A DNA stretch of 64,000 nucleotides from Candidatus Latescibacterota bacterium (lineage in GTDB: Bacteria > Latescibacterota > UBA2968 > UBA8231), in assembly GCA_965200315.1 (NCBI GenBank), contig OZ241362.1, positions 4,128,001 through 4,192,000 on the forward strand. Reading direction: 5' to 3'. The notes beneath the pieces were generated by a model. That model was given only the letters and a program-made list of their open reading frames with translations. It was not told the origin of the DNA and ran no database searches. The first letter of the stretch is position 1, and every line of letters begins with the position of its first letter. Positions 29,557-39,013 of the stretch are shown here, piece after piece. The translations under genes and the position numbers were made by a program.

Positions 29557-30579
29557 CTAGCCTCCCAACCCCTGTAGCTGGGTTGGCTCTGCCAGCGGCA
29601 CCACGGGGTTTTCCAAAACCCCGATCCCACCGGAAAACTCCAACTGCATCACGTCTCCGTCCAAAAGCCCGGTCGGCAAATCCGCCTCGGCAAAGACGAT
29701 GGGCGTCCCCCAATAAAACGCCAGCAGGGTGCGCGGGGCTAGGGGCAGCCGCCGGAAAAGGTGCCGCTCTAAGTGCAGGAGTCGCCCGGGCATGTTCAGG
29801 TTGTTCTGGCCGGTCGCGCCCTGCTTGTAGGCGATGGATTGTCCGCCGCGCAAGATGCGGCACGAGACCTCAACCTCAGCGTCGTCGTACTCGTCGGCCG
29901 TAACCAGCACCGGCCCTAGGGAAGCGCATCCGCCAGCCCAGTTTTTGGCTTGGGGCAAGTTGAGGGGATTGGCGGCCTCAATCCCGTTGTCGGTAGCGTC
30001 GTTGCCGCCGGTATAGCCCAGCCTCTCTAAGCGGCCTTGGCGCGTCAGGCCATAGACCGACACGAGCTCAGTCTCAGGCACCAAGCGCTGGGTGTCGCCG
30101 GGCCGGGTGATGGGCTGGCCGTGCCCGACGACGGCGTCCGGCTCGCCTTTGGCGAACAGCTCGGGCCGCCCGCCGCCGGATACTTCGCGGTATTTTTGGT
30201 CGTACACGTTGATGGCCTCGCCAGTGGCCTGCTGCGCTTCGATCTCACGCAACTTGGCACTGACTTCGTGGGTGACGCCAGCCAACCACACGCGCAGGGC
30301 GTGGGGCTGGCCGGCCGGGCCGCTGACCGGCTTGGTAAGGTACGGGTCGCGGGTGCTGCGGTTGGCCAACAGCGCGTCTAGCGATAAGCGGCGCACAGCT
30401 CGTTTTTGCAGGTTCTGAGCGGCGGCTACCAGCCCAATCTCGTCGCCGCCGCCGTCGTAGTAGAGCTGATGCACGGTGCGCGGCCCTTGCTCTGCGCCCG
30501 TCAGGTCTAAAACCTCGTCGCCGGCGACTAGCCCTAAGCGCAGGCCGTCGTCCGGCTCAATGAATTGCACTAGTTTCAC
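29557..30579 (-). CDS. Fumarylacetoacetate-hydrolase family protein (AraD1-like)
   Basis: AGVTH, RPELFAKG, VPETEL, GYTGGND, NPLNLPQAK, SLGP, GTP. Confidence 0.8.
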   Translation of the reverse strand: MKLVQFIEPDDGLRLGLVAGDEVLDLTGAEQGPRTVHQLYYDGGGDEIGLVAAAQNLQKRAVRRLSLDALLANRSTRDPYLTKPVSGPAGQPHALRVWLAGVTHEVSAKLREIEAQQATGEAINVYDQKYREVSGGGRPELFAKGEPDAVVGHGQPITRPGDTQRLVPETELVSVYGLTRQGRLERLGYTGGNDATDNGIEAANPLNLPQAKNWAGGCASLGPVLVTADEYDDAEVEVSCRILRGGQSIAYKQGATGQNNLNMPGRLLHLERHLFRRLPLAPRTLLAFYWGTPIVFAEADLPTGLLDGDVMQLEFSGGIGVLENPVVPLAEPTQLQGLGG

Positions 30580-30718
30580 AAAAAATCTCCTTTGGAAGCC
30601 CCTGTTTGCGTTGCCTGAGCAGTGGTTAGTGCTCAGGTTGTGCCCTCTCCACCGAGGGCGAGGGTAGAGAGCGGACCTATGGCAATCCTACATCATTCAT
30701 CAGATAATCTGCATCAAG

Positions 30719-30784
30719 GACGCAGCATAGTAGAAACAAGACGATCCGCCTCTCGAATCGTGCAAGCATTCCGGGTCGCTATAA
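30719..30784 (+). repeat. About 66-bp element, inverted copy of 32358-32424
   Basis: GACGCAGCATAGTAGA(A/G)ACAAGACGA...GCCTCTCGAAT...CAAG..CATTC...GCTATAA shared by both copies. Confidence 0.75.
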
Positions 30785-30804
30785 GTATCCCCATCGGCAG
30801 TCGT

Positions 30805-31632
30805 TTAAGAGATAAAGAGCGGCGCAGCGGACTTGGGCGCGATGCCGGCCCGCTCGGCCCGCTCAATCAGGTCGAATATGGCGGCCTCGCCGTCGGCTCC
30901 GTAGTCGAGCGTGTGCTGGCTGACATACAGGTCGATGTGCGCCTGCATGACGCTTTCGTCCATCTCTTGGGCGTGCTGGCGGATGTAGCCCCGCACGGTG
31001 TTCGGGTGAGTGTATGCGTACTCCACGCTCTGCACGAGCGCGCGGTCGATCCGGCCGATGAGTTCGGCCCCGAGGCTGCGCCGCGCGAGGATGCCGCCGA
31101 GGGGGATCGGATGCCCGGTGCTTTCCTCCCACCACTGGCCTAGGTCGATGATCGCCGCTAGCCCGTGTTGGATGTATGTGAAGCGGCTCTCGTGGATGAT
31201 GACGCCCGCATCGACTACACCCTGCGAGGTCGCGTCCACGATCTGGTCGAAAGGCATGACCGCTAGCTGCTCAATGCTGGGGTCAAAAAGCCTCAGCAGC
31301 AGGGCCGCAGTGGTCAGGTGCCCGGGAATGGCGATTCGCTTGTGCTTGAGGTCTTTTAGCGCTAGCTGCTCCCGAGCTACCAGTAGTGGCCCGCATCCCC
31401 TCCCCAAGGCACCACCTGAGTGCAGAAGGCAGTACTCCTCCCGCAAATGCGCCAGTGCGTGGAAGGATATTTTGGTCGCGTCGAGTTGCCCTTTCAGCGC
31501 CATCTCATTGAGCGTCTCGATGTCCGCCAGCACCTCCTCGCATACCGGCGCGTCGGCGATCTGCCCGTGGACTAGGCCGTAGAAGATGAAGGTGTCGTTG
31601 GGACAGGGGGAATAGCCCAAGGTTAGGCGCAT
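30805..31632 (-). CDS. mqnD: 1,4-dihydroxy-6-naphthoate synthase
   Basis: LGYSPCPNDTFIF, GGALGRGCGP, IIHESRFTY, PIPLG, HIDLYV. Confidence 0.93.
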   Translation of the reverse strand: MRLTLGYSPCPNDTFIFYGLVHGQIADAPVCEEVLADIETLNEMALKGQLDATKISFHALAHLREEYCLLHSGGALGRGCGPLLVAREQLALKDLKHKRIAIPGHLTTAALLLRLFDPSIEQLAVMPFDQIVDATSQGVVDAGVIIHESRFTYIQHGLAAIIDLGQWWEESTGHPIPLGGILARRSLGAELIGRIDRALVQSVEYAYTHPNTVRGYIRQHAQEMDESVMQAHIDLYVSQHTLDYGADGEAAIFDLIERAERAGIAPKSAAPLFIS

Positions 31633-32345
31633 AGTTCGTGCTCCAGTAGTTCCAGTGCGGCAGATTGCGCTTTGGCGGCGGCCTGTGGCAGGTGCCAGCG
31701 AGCGGGATCGCGCCGCTCGACGATGTTGCTGATCGCCCGCAATTCCACAAAGGGGACTTCGTAGAGGGCACACAGGTGGGCGGCGGCCGCTCCCTCCATG
31801 TTCTCGCATAGGGCTGAAAAGCGTCGTCCTCGTTCAATTCCCAACTCGTCGGTTCCCGTGCATTCTTGTAAGGTGACGAACGGACCGACGTGGGCTTTGG
31901 ACAAAATGTTGGCTGCTTGCTGTAACCATGCTTGGGCGATGGGGAAGGTATTGTAGTAGGCGCGGTCTTTTTCTACTACTGGAATGCCGATTAGGTCGGC
32001 ACCCTGCCAGCCATCTGGCGTCCGCACGCCCAAATCCCCGTAGTGTTCCTCGCTGGCTAAGGCGAGGTCGCCGATCGTCGCTCCGCTTTCTGGGTAAGCC
32101 CCGCCTACGCCTACTTGCAAGACCCATAAGGGCCGCTGCGCCTGCAAGTAACAGGTGAGCGCGTACGCTGTGTTCACCGCGCCGATCCCGGTCGCCACCA
32201 ACGTCAGCGGCTGCGCGCCAATTTTCCCACTCACCCATTCGCGCGCGGCGACTTTGCGCTGTACGCGCTCGGCCACGGCCTCCCTTAGAGCACGCTGCTC
32301 AAAGGCCGTCGCGCTCAGCACGAGGATCTCTTCCGTGGCCGTCAT
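31623..32345 (-). CDS. mqnB: Futalosine hydrolase
   Basis: PNP-fold motifs GIGAVN, GVGGAY, ENMEGAA, ELRAISN; coupled to mqnD. Confidence 0.9.
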   Translation of the reverse strand: MTATEEILVLSATAFEQRALREAVAERVQRKVAAREWVSGKIGAQPLTLVATGIGAVNTAYALTCYLQAQRPLWVLQVGVGGAYPESGATIGDLALASEEHYGDLGVRTPDGWQGADLIGIPVVEKDRAYYNTFPIAQAWLQQAANILSKAHVGPFVTLQECTGTDELGIERGRRFSALCENMEGAAAAHLCALYEVPFVELRAISNIVERRDPARWHLPQAAAKAQSAALELLEHELCA

Positions 32346-32357
32346 TGGGCACTCCTG

Positions 32358-32424
32358 TTATAGCAACTCTGAATGACTTGAAAAATTCGAGAGGCAGCTC
32401 GTCTTGTCTCTACTATGCTGCGTC
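32358..32424 (-). repeat. About 66-bp element, inverted copy of 30719-30784
   Basis: See partner; lies immediately upstream of the mqnB RBS. Confidence 0.75.
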
Positions 32425-32525
32425 TGTCTGCGTCCGTCTGCGGATTAATGCCGAATAATATACGGTTGACTGCACAGAGGGCCAGCCGTACAATCCGACC
32501 AGTCACCCTTCTCCAGATCGCCCTT

Positions 32526-33698
32526 ATGCACATTTGCCACCTGCACATTTACTCGGTCGCCGTCCCCCGCGTGTACCACACCCGCGTAGCTCCCACGGGC
32601 GGCCACAGCAAGAATGCCTCGCGCTACTACCTGCTGGAGCTCGCAACCAATACCGGCCTGCGCGGCCTCGGCGAAATCTCGGATCTAGAGGATGCGTGGC
32701 AAGCGCCGTCGCCAGAGACCCTCTGTGAGACCCTGATGCCCCGGCTCGCCGGTGCTGATCCGCGCAAACGCCTCCCCGCTTGGGAGCGCGTGGCCGAGGC
32801 ACTGCCCACCAGCTACCACCCGGAATTTCGTCGGCTCGTCTGCGCAGCCGTGGAAATGGCTTTGCTTGACCTCGCGGGCAAGTACTATAACGCCCCGGCT
32901 CACGCGCTCTTAGGCGGCCAGTACCGGGACGCGCTACCCATCTCTTGGGTCGCGTACATCCGCAGTGCGGACGAGCTGGCAGAGGAAATTCAAGAAAAGG
33001 TCGCCGCGGGCTTTACGGCCTTTAAGCTCAAGGTAGGAGCCGACTTTGAGCTCGACTGCGAGCGCGTCCGCGTCTGCCGCCGGATCGTCGGCCCGGATGC
33101 GTACCTCAAGGCCGATGCCTCGGGCGCGTGGGAAGAAGAAGAGGCCATTGAGCGAATCCGCGAGTTGGCCGCGCTGGGCGTAGATGCGGTTGAGACGCCG
33201 CTCCAATGCGTCGCCCGCAAAGTGGCCAAGGACCATCCCGAACAGGTCAATGACGACCCAGACTCTGCCGCCTTGGCCTTGGCGAGGGTGCGCACGGCCG
33301 TGCCCACGGCCCTCATCGAACACGTCGCCGACTTTGACGACTCGTTTGCCCTCGCGCTCTTGCACCACCGGGCCGTCGATGCTTTCAACGTCGCGCCCGT
33401 CCAAGCTGGCAGCCTGCACCGCGCCCAGCGGCTGAGCCAGCTCGCCGCGGCCGCTGGCGTACCCGTTCTGCTCGGCAGCACGGTTGAGCTCGGCATTGGC
33501 ACGGCCGCGGCCGTGCATCTTGGCGTGGCCACTAAAGCCGTTTGCTCGCCCTCGGATTTGGTCGGCCCGGGCCTGTTGGCGAGCGATGTCGTCGCGCCGC
33601 GCTTGGCCTATCAGCAAGGCTGCCTGCACGCTCCGCCTGGGATAGGGTTGGGCGTCGAGTTGATCCCCGAGTTGATGGAACCGAAAGGAAGCCCATGA
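32526..33698 (+). CDS. Muconate cycloisomerase / mandelate racemase-like enzyme
   Basis: AAVEMALLDLAGK, AFKLKVG, ADAS, VETP, GSTVELGIG. Confidence 0.82.
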   Translation: MHICHLHIYSVAVPRVYHTRVAPTGGHSKNASRYYLLELATNTGLRGLGEISDLEDAWQAPSPETLCETLMPRLAGADPRKRLPAWERVAEALPTSYHPEFRRLVCAAVEMALLDLAGKYYNAPAHALLGGQYRDALPISWVAYIRSADELAEEIQEKVAAGFTAFKLKVGADFELDCERVRVCRRIVGPDAYLKADASGAWEEEEAIERIRELAALGVDAVETPLQCVARKVAKDHPEQVNDDPDSAALALARVRTAVPTALIEHVADFDDSFALALLHHRAVDAFNVAPVQAGSLHRAQRLSQLAAAAGVPVLLGSTVELGIGTAAAVHLGVATKAVCSPSDLVGPGLLASDVVAPRLAYQQGCLHAPPGIGLGVELIPELMEPKGSP

Positions 33699-34732
33699 GC
33701 CAACGCCTCTCCTATGCCAGCACGGGCGTCGATATAGATCAGACCGATGCGGCCAAGCGCACCATGGCCGCGAGCATGGAAACCGCAGACCCGCGTGTGC
33801 TCAACCGGATTGGCGCGTTTGCCACCCTGCTCGACGCCCGCTTCCCCGGCTACGCCCATCCGGTGCTGGTCCACAAGAGCGAGGAGCCGGGGTCGAAGCA
33901 GAAGTTGGCTTTTGCCCACGGCCGCCATCGCGGGGTCTGTTACGACATGGTCAACCACCTCATCAACGACATTATCGTCATGGGGGCCGAGCCGATTTCG
34001 CTCCAAGACGTCATCGTATGCGGGACAATGGATGGAGCCATCGTCAACGACCTTGTGGACGCCTTGGCCGACGCCTGTCGCCAACAGGGCTGCACCCTGA
34101 CCGGCGGCGAGACCTCGGTGCAGCCCGGCGTGGTCCCCGACGGCCTCTACGTGCTGACTGCCAGCGTCATTGGTGTCGTCGATAAGGACAACATCATCGA
34201 CGGTCGCGCCATTGAGGTGGGCGACCAAGTTGTAGCACTTGCTTCCAATGGCTTGCACACCAACGGCTACACGCTGGTACGCGCCCTCTTAGACCGGCAA
34301 CCCGATCTGCTCACCACAAACGTGGCGGGCGAATCCTTCCTCGAAGCGGTACTCAAGCCCCATACCTGTTACTTGCAGGCCGTGCGCGGACTTTTCACCG
34401 ACTCCGGCCTCCACGGCATGGCCCACATCACCGGCGGCGGCCTCCGCGACAACCTCCGCCGCATCTTGCCGCCGGGCATCAGTGCTCAGCTCGATTTAGC
34501 GGCTCTACAGAGCCCACCAGTCTTCCGCACCTTGCGCTTAGCAGGCGACTTAGAGGAAGCGGACATGCTGCACACGTTTAATATGGGCGTGGGCATGGCA
34601 CTGGTGGTCGCGCCCGAAGCCGTGGAACCGGTGCTGGTCCACTTAGAAGCCCAAGACTGTCGGGCCTATCGGCTCGGGAAAATCGTGGATGGCGAGCAAG
34701 AGGTCGCCTTGCAGGGGGCGCTCGCCTCGTAG
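33695..34732 (+). CDS. purM: Phosphoribosylaminoimidazole (AIR) synthetase
   Basis: YASTGVDI, LTGGET, SNGLHTNGYTLVR, HITGGG, FNMGVGM. Confidence 0.93.
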   Translation: MSQRLSYASTGVDIDQTDAAKRTMAASMETADPRVLNRIGAFATLLDARFPGYAHPVLVHKSEEPGSKQKLAFAHGRHRGVCYDMVNHLINDIIVMGAEPISLQDVIVCGTMDGAIVNDLVDALADACRQQGCTLTGGETSVQPGVVPDGLYVLTASVIGVVDKDNIIDGRAIEVGDQVVALASNGLHTNGYTLVRALLDRQPDLLTTNVAGESFLEAVLKPHTCYLQAVRGLFTDSGLHGMAHITGGGLRDNLRRILPPGISAQLDLAALQSPPVFRTLRLAGDLEEADMLHTFNMGVGMALVVAPEAVEPVLVHLEAQDCRAYRLGKIVDGEQEVALQGALAS

Positions 34733-34883
34733 AATTGGGCCTGTGCGCCCCGTCTAGTCTGGGCGCAGCTCGGTTTCTACCTGTGTCGCCGCGCTGCCAC
34801 TGATCTGCATCCCCGCCTACCTGTGCATGCCTGTCCCTGCTATGAGCAGATACATCATTTGGCGGAGCTTCATAGCGCGCTCC

Positions 34884-35534
34884 TCAGCGGCTGGCCCACA
34901 GCATCCCGCGCCGCTGGATCTCACGCGCTTCGGGCACGTCGAAATCTCTCGCCACGTGGCCTAGCGACGAGTAGAACACCCGGCCCGCTCCCCACGCCCG
35001 CTTCCACACCACCGGCATGACCGTGCCGTTGACCCAAGGCGCACTTTGACGGCCTTCTAGGGTCGTGGTGGCGAGCACCTCATTGCCCGGATCGGTGTGC
35101 ATGTAGTACTGCTCGGAGTGCATCTGAAAGTCGTCTAGGCCAGCGACGATCGGGTCGTCTGGGGCCGCGATGTTCACTGTGTAGTCGATAATGCCGTCTG
35201 GGTGGGCGACAAACTGGCCGCCGACCATGAACTGATAGGTGGTATTGTTGCGGAACGAATCGGCCATGCAGCCGTGCCAGCCCGCTATGCCGGCCCCGCG
35301 CTCAACGGCCGCGAGCAGCCCTTGTTCCTGCTCTCCTTCGATCTGGCCCATCGTCCACGCCGGCACCACCAAATCCTGCTCGGCCATTAGGTCGCGATCT
35401 TTGTACGCGTCGAGGGTGTCCGAAATGGTTACCACGAACCCTTTTTCTTCTAGAACAGGGGCAAAAATATCGACGCACTGTTTGGGCTCATGCCCCTCCC
35501 AGCCGCCCCAAACCATGATTGCTTTTTTGGCCAT
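34884..35534 (-). CDS. ThuA-domain protein
   Basis: [36 protein letters not shown]. Confidence 0.88.
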   Translation of the reverse strand: MAKKAIMVWGGWEGHEPKQCVDIFAPVLEEKGFVVTISDTLDAYKDRDLMAEQDLVVPAWTMGQIEGEQEQGLLAAVERGAGIAGWHGCMADSFRNNTTYQFMVGGQFVAHPDGIIDYTVNIAAPDDPIVAGLDDFQMHSEQYYMHTDPGNEVLATTTLEGRQSAPWVNGTVMPVVWKRAWGAGRVFYSSLGHVARDFDVPEAREIQRRGMLWASR

Positions 35535-35549
35535 GACGCTCCTTTTGCG

Positions 35550-36305
35550 TTATCTGGCGCCACGCGCCAGCTCGCTACCAACGAGATATTGATAGCTTTT
35601 TTCTACGGCTTCCATCATGTCGGTCGCACAGCGGTCCAACTCGACGATCAGCCAGTCGCAGGTGCCGTGGCTGGCCTCGATAATGGGCGGGAAATCCATG
35701 GCCCCTTCGCCGACGGCGAGCATGTCCTGCGCGGGGTCGCATGGGCCGTCCTTGATGTGCAAAAGCGGCGCTCGCTCGCCCAGCTCCTCGACTATCTGCA
35801 CAGAGTCGCCGCCGCCGGTATTGACCCAGTAGGTATCGACCTGAAAGAAGATGGACTCGTCCAACTCGTCGATTAGGTGCTCAAAACCCGGACGCCCTTT
35901 CACTTCTTGGAATTCCCACCAGTGGTTGTGCAGGCCCAACTCCAACCCGTTCTCGGCGGCGATCTCGGCGGCTTGGTTCCAGCGGTCGCAGAGCGCCTTG
36001 AGCGCGTCCTCGTTCGCGAAGGCATCGCGCGGTGTGGAGCTTACCACGCGGGTGGCCTCCAACTCGTGGGCTAGTTCGATGACTTGATTTTTTTGCTTGC
36101 CCAAGGGTAGCTGCGTATGCACGCTGCATACGTCTAACCCTAGATCGGCAAATAGGTTGCTGGCTTCATCTACTGAGATGCCGGGAAATCCGGCCGTCTC
36201 GACGCCCACGTACCCTATTTCGGCAATCCGGGTGACCACGGACTTGAAGTTTTGCGCGAGGGCGTCGCGGACCGTGTAGAGTTGAAGTGCTATGGGGGCA
36301 GCCAT
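35550..36305 (-). CDS. Sugar phosphate isomerase/epimerase
   Basis: ALQLYTVRD, LHNHWWEF, DTYW, HIKDG, VELD. Confidence 0.88.
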   Translation of the reverse strand: MAAPIALQLYTVRDALAQNFKSVVTRIAEIGYVGVETAGFPGISVDEASNLFADLGLDVCSVHTQLPLGKQKNQVIELAHELEATRVVSSTPRDAFANEDALKALCDRWNQAAEIAAENGLELGLHNHWWEFQEVKGRPGFEHLIDELDESIFFQVDTYWVNTGGGDSVQIVEELGERAPLLHIKDGPCDPAQDMLAVGEGAMDFPPIIEASHGTCDWLIVELDRCATDMMEAVEKSYQYLVGSELARGAR

Positions 36306-36535
36306 TTCTTCATTCCTTGTGGGTGAGAGATTTGATAGGGATATGAAAGTTAAAGCGATAGCTAAGGCGGTGTGCGAATGGTCCGGCGTCGATAGTCGAT
36401 AAAGGACTCGTGTGTAAGTCCGATAATTAAAGGAAAAAAATAAGCCGGTAGGCAAATTAATTTGCAATGACTCTGTACTTGCTGCACCGCTGGCTCACTC
36501 CTACATTAGCCGCTCCAACCAAGGAGCAATTGCCA

Positions 36536-37609
36536 ATGAGCACTCAAGACAAAGTGCGCCTCGGGTTTGTCGGCGCTGGTTGGTGGGGCACCAGCAACCA
36601 CATGCCCGTTTTTGCCGCCCGCGACGACGTCGAACTGACGGCCGTGTGCCGCTTGGGCCAAGCCGAGCTAGAGCAGGTGCGGGACCACTTCGGATTCGCG
36701 TTTGCCACCGAGGACTACCGAGAGTTACTGACCCACTGCGAACTCGACGGGGTCGTGGTGGCCTCGCCGCACCCCCTGCACTACGAACACGCCCGCGCGG
36801 CCTTGGAGGCGGGCCTGCACGTGATGTGCGAAAAACCCCTGACCACCCGCGCTGCCCACGCGCGCGAGTTGGTGCGCCTCGCCGCGGAGCGAGATTGCCA
36901 TCTGCTCGTGCCCTACGGCTGGCACCACAAGCGGTTTATCCAGCGGGCCAAGGCGCTGATGGACGAGCAAGCCATCGGCGATGTCGAATTCGCGCTCTGC
37001 CACATGGCCTCGCCGATCCGCGCCCTGCTGTCGGGTGAGGAGGTGGATGTGTCCGATATTTCCGGGCAGGACAGTGCCAGCCTCTTTGGCCCCACGCCCT
37101 CGACGTGGGCCGATCCCGCCATTGCCGAGGGCGGCTACGCTCACGCGCAAATATCGCACTCCTCGGGGCTGCTGTTTTGGCTGTCCGGGCTGCGCGCCGA
37201 GCGCGTCTTTGCCGCCATGAGCGCGCCCGGCTCCGAGGTTGAGCTGTACGACGCGCTAACCGTGCGCTTTACTTCGGGGGCCATCGGCACGGTCAGCGGT
37301 GCGGGCAATGTGCCCACAGACCAGACCTTTCAGGTCGATGTGCGCCTGTTCGGCTCGGAGGGCATGCTGCTGGTCGATTGCGAGCGCGCCCGCATGCACC
37401 TGCGTCGCCACGATGGCCAACACGTCGTCGAGGAAGTCGCCGAAGACGCGGGGGCCTACGAGTGCGATGGTCCGCCCAACAACTTTGCCGACTTGCTCTT
37501 GGGCAAAACCGACGTGAACTGGACCCCAGGCGAAGCGGCCATGCGCGGGGTGGAGATGCTCGACGCAGCGTACCGCTCGGCCGCTTCGGGCCGAGAAGAG
37601 CAGGTGTAA
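36536..37609 (+). CDS. Gfo/Idh/MocA-family oxidoreductase
   Basis: GFVGAG Rossmann motif; HVMCEKP. Confidence 0.9.
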   Translation: MSTQDKVRLGFVGAGWWGTSNHMPVFAARDDVELTAVCRLGQAELEQVRDHFGFAFATEDYRELLTHCELDGVVVASPHPLHYEHARAALEAGLHVMCEKPLTTRAAHARELVRLAAERDCHLLVPYGWHHKRFIQRAKALMDEQAIGDVEFALCHMASPIRALLSGEEVDVSDISGQDSASLFGPTPSTWADPAIAEGGYAHAQISHSSGLLFWLSGLRAERVFAAMSAPGSEVELYDALTVRFTSGAIGTVSGAGNVPTDQTFQVDVRLFGSEGMLLVDCERARMHLRRHDGQHVVEEVAEDAGAYECDGPPNNFADLLLGKTDVNWTPGEAAMRGVEMLDAAYRSAASGREEQV

Positions 37610-37633
37610 CATCGGCCCTTCTCGCCGGCGGTA

Positions 37634-38536
37634 ATGGCCTTTCTGCTCGACGTCATTGCCCCGCTTTTCCTGCTCATCGGCTGTGGCTATCTGTTGGGGC
37701 GGCGGCACTCTGTTGACCCCGCCCCCTTGGCCGATGTGGCCATATACATCTGCCTGCCCTTTTTGATGTTTGCGGCGCTGGTGCGCCACCCGGTTACCGG
37801 CGCGGCGGCGGCCCAAGCCTTCGCTTGGCAAGCTGGGATGTACGTGGTCAGCATGCCCGTCATCGCGCTCGTTGCGCATCTCGCCGGCTGGGACAAACCC
37901 ACTCGCAGCGCGGTCACTCTTTCCCTGCCCACGGTCAACATCGCCTCGTATGGCGTCCCTGTAGTGCTGTTCGCGTTTGGCGACGAGGCCCTGGCGATAG
38001 TCATGCTGCTCTTTGTGTACGGCAATGTTATGGCCGCGTCGCTGGGCACCTACATCGCCGCTGGCGGGCGGCAAAGTCCGCGGCAAGCGTTCAAGAGCAT
38101 TTTCAGGCTGCCGCTTATTTACGCTGCGGCATTAGCCTTGGCCGTCAATGCCCTCGCCGTGCCGATCCCGGTTTCCATCCTCGACGCGGCCGATCTGATC
38201 GGCAAAGCCGGCCCGATCCTCGCCATCCTCCTCCTCGGAGTCCAAGTCTCGCACATCCCCATCCGCGGTCCCAGCTCGGCGGTTTTGTACGGAGGCATTG
38301 GCGCCAAGGTTCTGTTGGGACCGGCGATTGGCATCGGCCTGACGCTGCTCATCGGCGCACAGGGCGCGGTGCGCGACGTGCTGCTGTTGTGCTCCTGCCT
38401 GCCTACGGCCATCAATGCCCTCATCCTCACCGTGCGCTTTGACGCGCGCCCCGATCTGCTCGGCGGCATTCTCATTGGCTCGACTTTGTGGAGCCCGCTC
38501 GGGCTGTCGATTCTGCTCTATTGGATCGGCCCCTAG
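37634..38536 (+). CDS. AEC (auxin efflux carrier) family transporter
   Basis: Multiple TM segments; NIASYGVP, PLIYA, LPTAIN. Confidence 0.85.
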   Translation: MAFLLDVIAPLFLLIGCGYLLGRRHSVDPAPLADVAIYICLPFLMFAALVRHPVTGAAAAQAFAWQAGMYVVSMPVIALVAHLAGWDKPTRSAVTLSLPTVNIASYGVPVVLFAFGDEALAIVMLLFVYGNVMAASLGTYIAAGGRQSPRQAFKSIFRLPLIYAAALALAVNALAVPIPVSILDAADLIGKAGPILAILLLGVQVSHIPIRGPSSAVLYGGIGAKVLLGPAIGIGLTLLIGAQGAVRDVLLLCSCLPTAINALILTVRFDARPDLLGGILIGSTLWSPLGLSILLYWIGP

Positions 38537-38652
38537 CGCTAGCCTGATTTGGTCTTATTTCGCGTTTTCTAAAAGTTTTTTGCATCCCCTTGACACTGTT
38601 TTACGCCCCCTCGTAACTAATTTATAGGGCAACGATAAACTCTCGCGGCCGC

Positions 38653-38689
38653 GTCGCCCTGTGCCCCTGTGAGGGGCGTGTATTGAAAC
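38653..38689 (+). CRISPR. Solitary type I-C-like CRISPR repeat (no array)
   Basis: GTCGCCCTGTGCCCCTGTGAGGGGCGTGTATTGAAAC: GTCGC start, GCCCC/GGGGC stem, CGTG(G>T)ATTGAAAC end. Confidence 0.6.
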
Positions 38690-38702
38690 GAGGAGAATGA
38701 AA

Positions 38703-38852
38703 ATGATAGGCGTACATCGCTTCGACATGTGCGGCGTCCCGCGCATAGACGCTGGGAGCAATCTATATGGTGAGTGCGCCTGTCTAGCCGTCGATATGCA
38801 ACTCAAAAAGACCCTATTCGCGCCGAGAGGACGGGGCTGTGTCCCCGGCTGA
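38703..38852 (+). CDS. Putative 49-aa Cys-containing small protein
   Basis: GAGGAG 7 nt upstream of ATG 38703; MIGVHRFDMCGVPRIDAGSNLYGECACLAVDMQLKKTLFAPRGRGCVPG; no recognisable homology. Confidence 0.35.
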   Translation: MIGVHRFDMCGVPRIDAGSNLYGECACLAVDMQLKKTLFAPRGRGCVPG

Positions 38853-38881
38853 GCTCGCCTTTGCGAGAAGCTCAACGTGGC

Positions 38882-38927
38882 AAGAGGCCGTGGCGCGAAA
38901 AGATAACGCGCTGCGGCCTCTTTTTTT
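38882..38927 (+). terminator. Intrinsic terminator
   Basis: AAGAGGCCGTGGCGCG-loop-CGCGCTGCGGCCTC followed by T7. Confidence 0.85.
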
Positions 38928-38937
38928 GTGCGCAGGC

Positions 38938-38967
38938 TTGACACTGTTATTTCGCGTTCATTATAGT
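38938..38967 (+). promoter_or_regulatory. Sigma70-type promoter
   Basis: TTGACA-18 nt-TATAGT upstream of ORF 39014. Confidence 0.65.
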
Positions 38968-39013
38968 ATATAAGTATTGATGAACATTTGTGCAGTAAAA
39001 TGGATGCCAAAAA

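Noticed and set aside
30600-30715. Hairpins upstream of the FAH-family gene as a riboswitch
   Set aside because: Two small stems only; no known aptamer consensus recognised.
38850-38907. Selenocysteine read-through of the small ORF TGA (a hairpin follows it)
   Set aside because: No CxxU/UxxC context or recognisable selenoprotein family; the hairpin cannot be confirmed as a SECIS by eye.
38640-38930. tmRNA, RNase P, 6S, SRP RNA or T-box
   Set aside because: None of the hallmark sequences were recognised; an Rfam search would be needed to exclude other RNAs.
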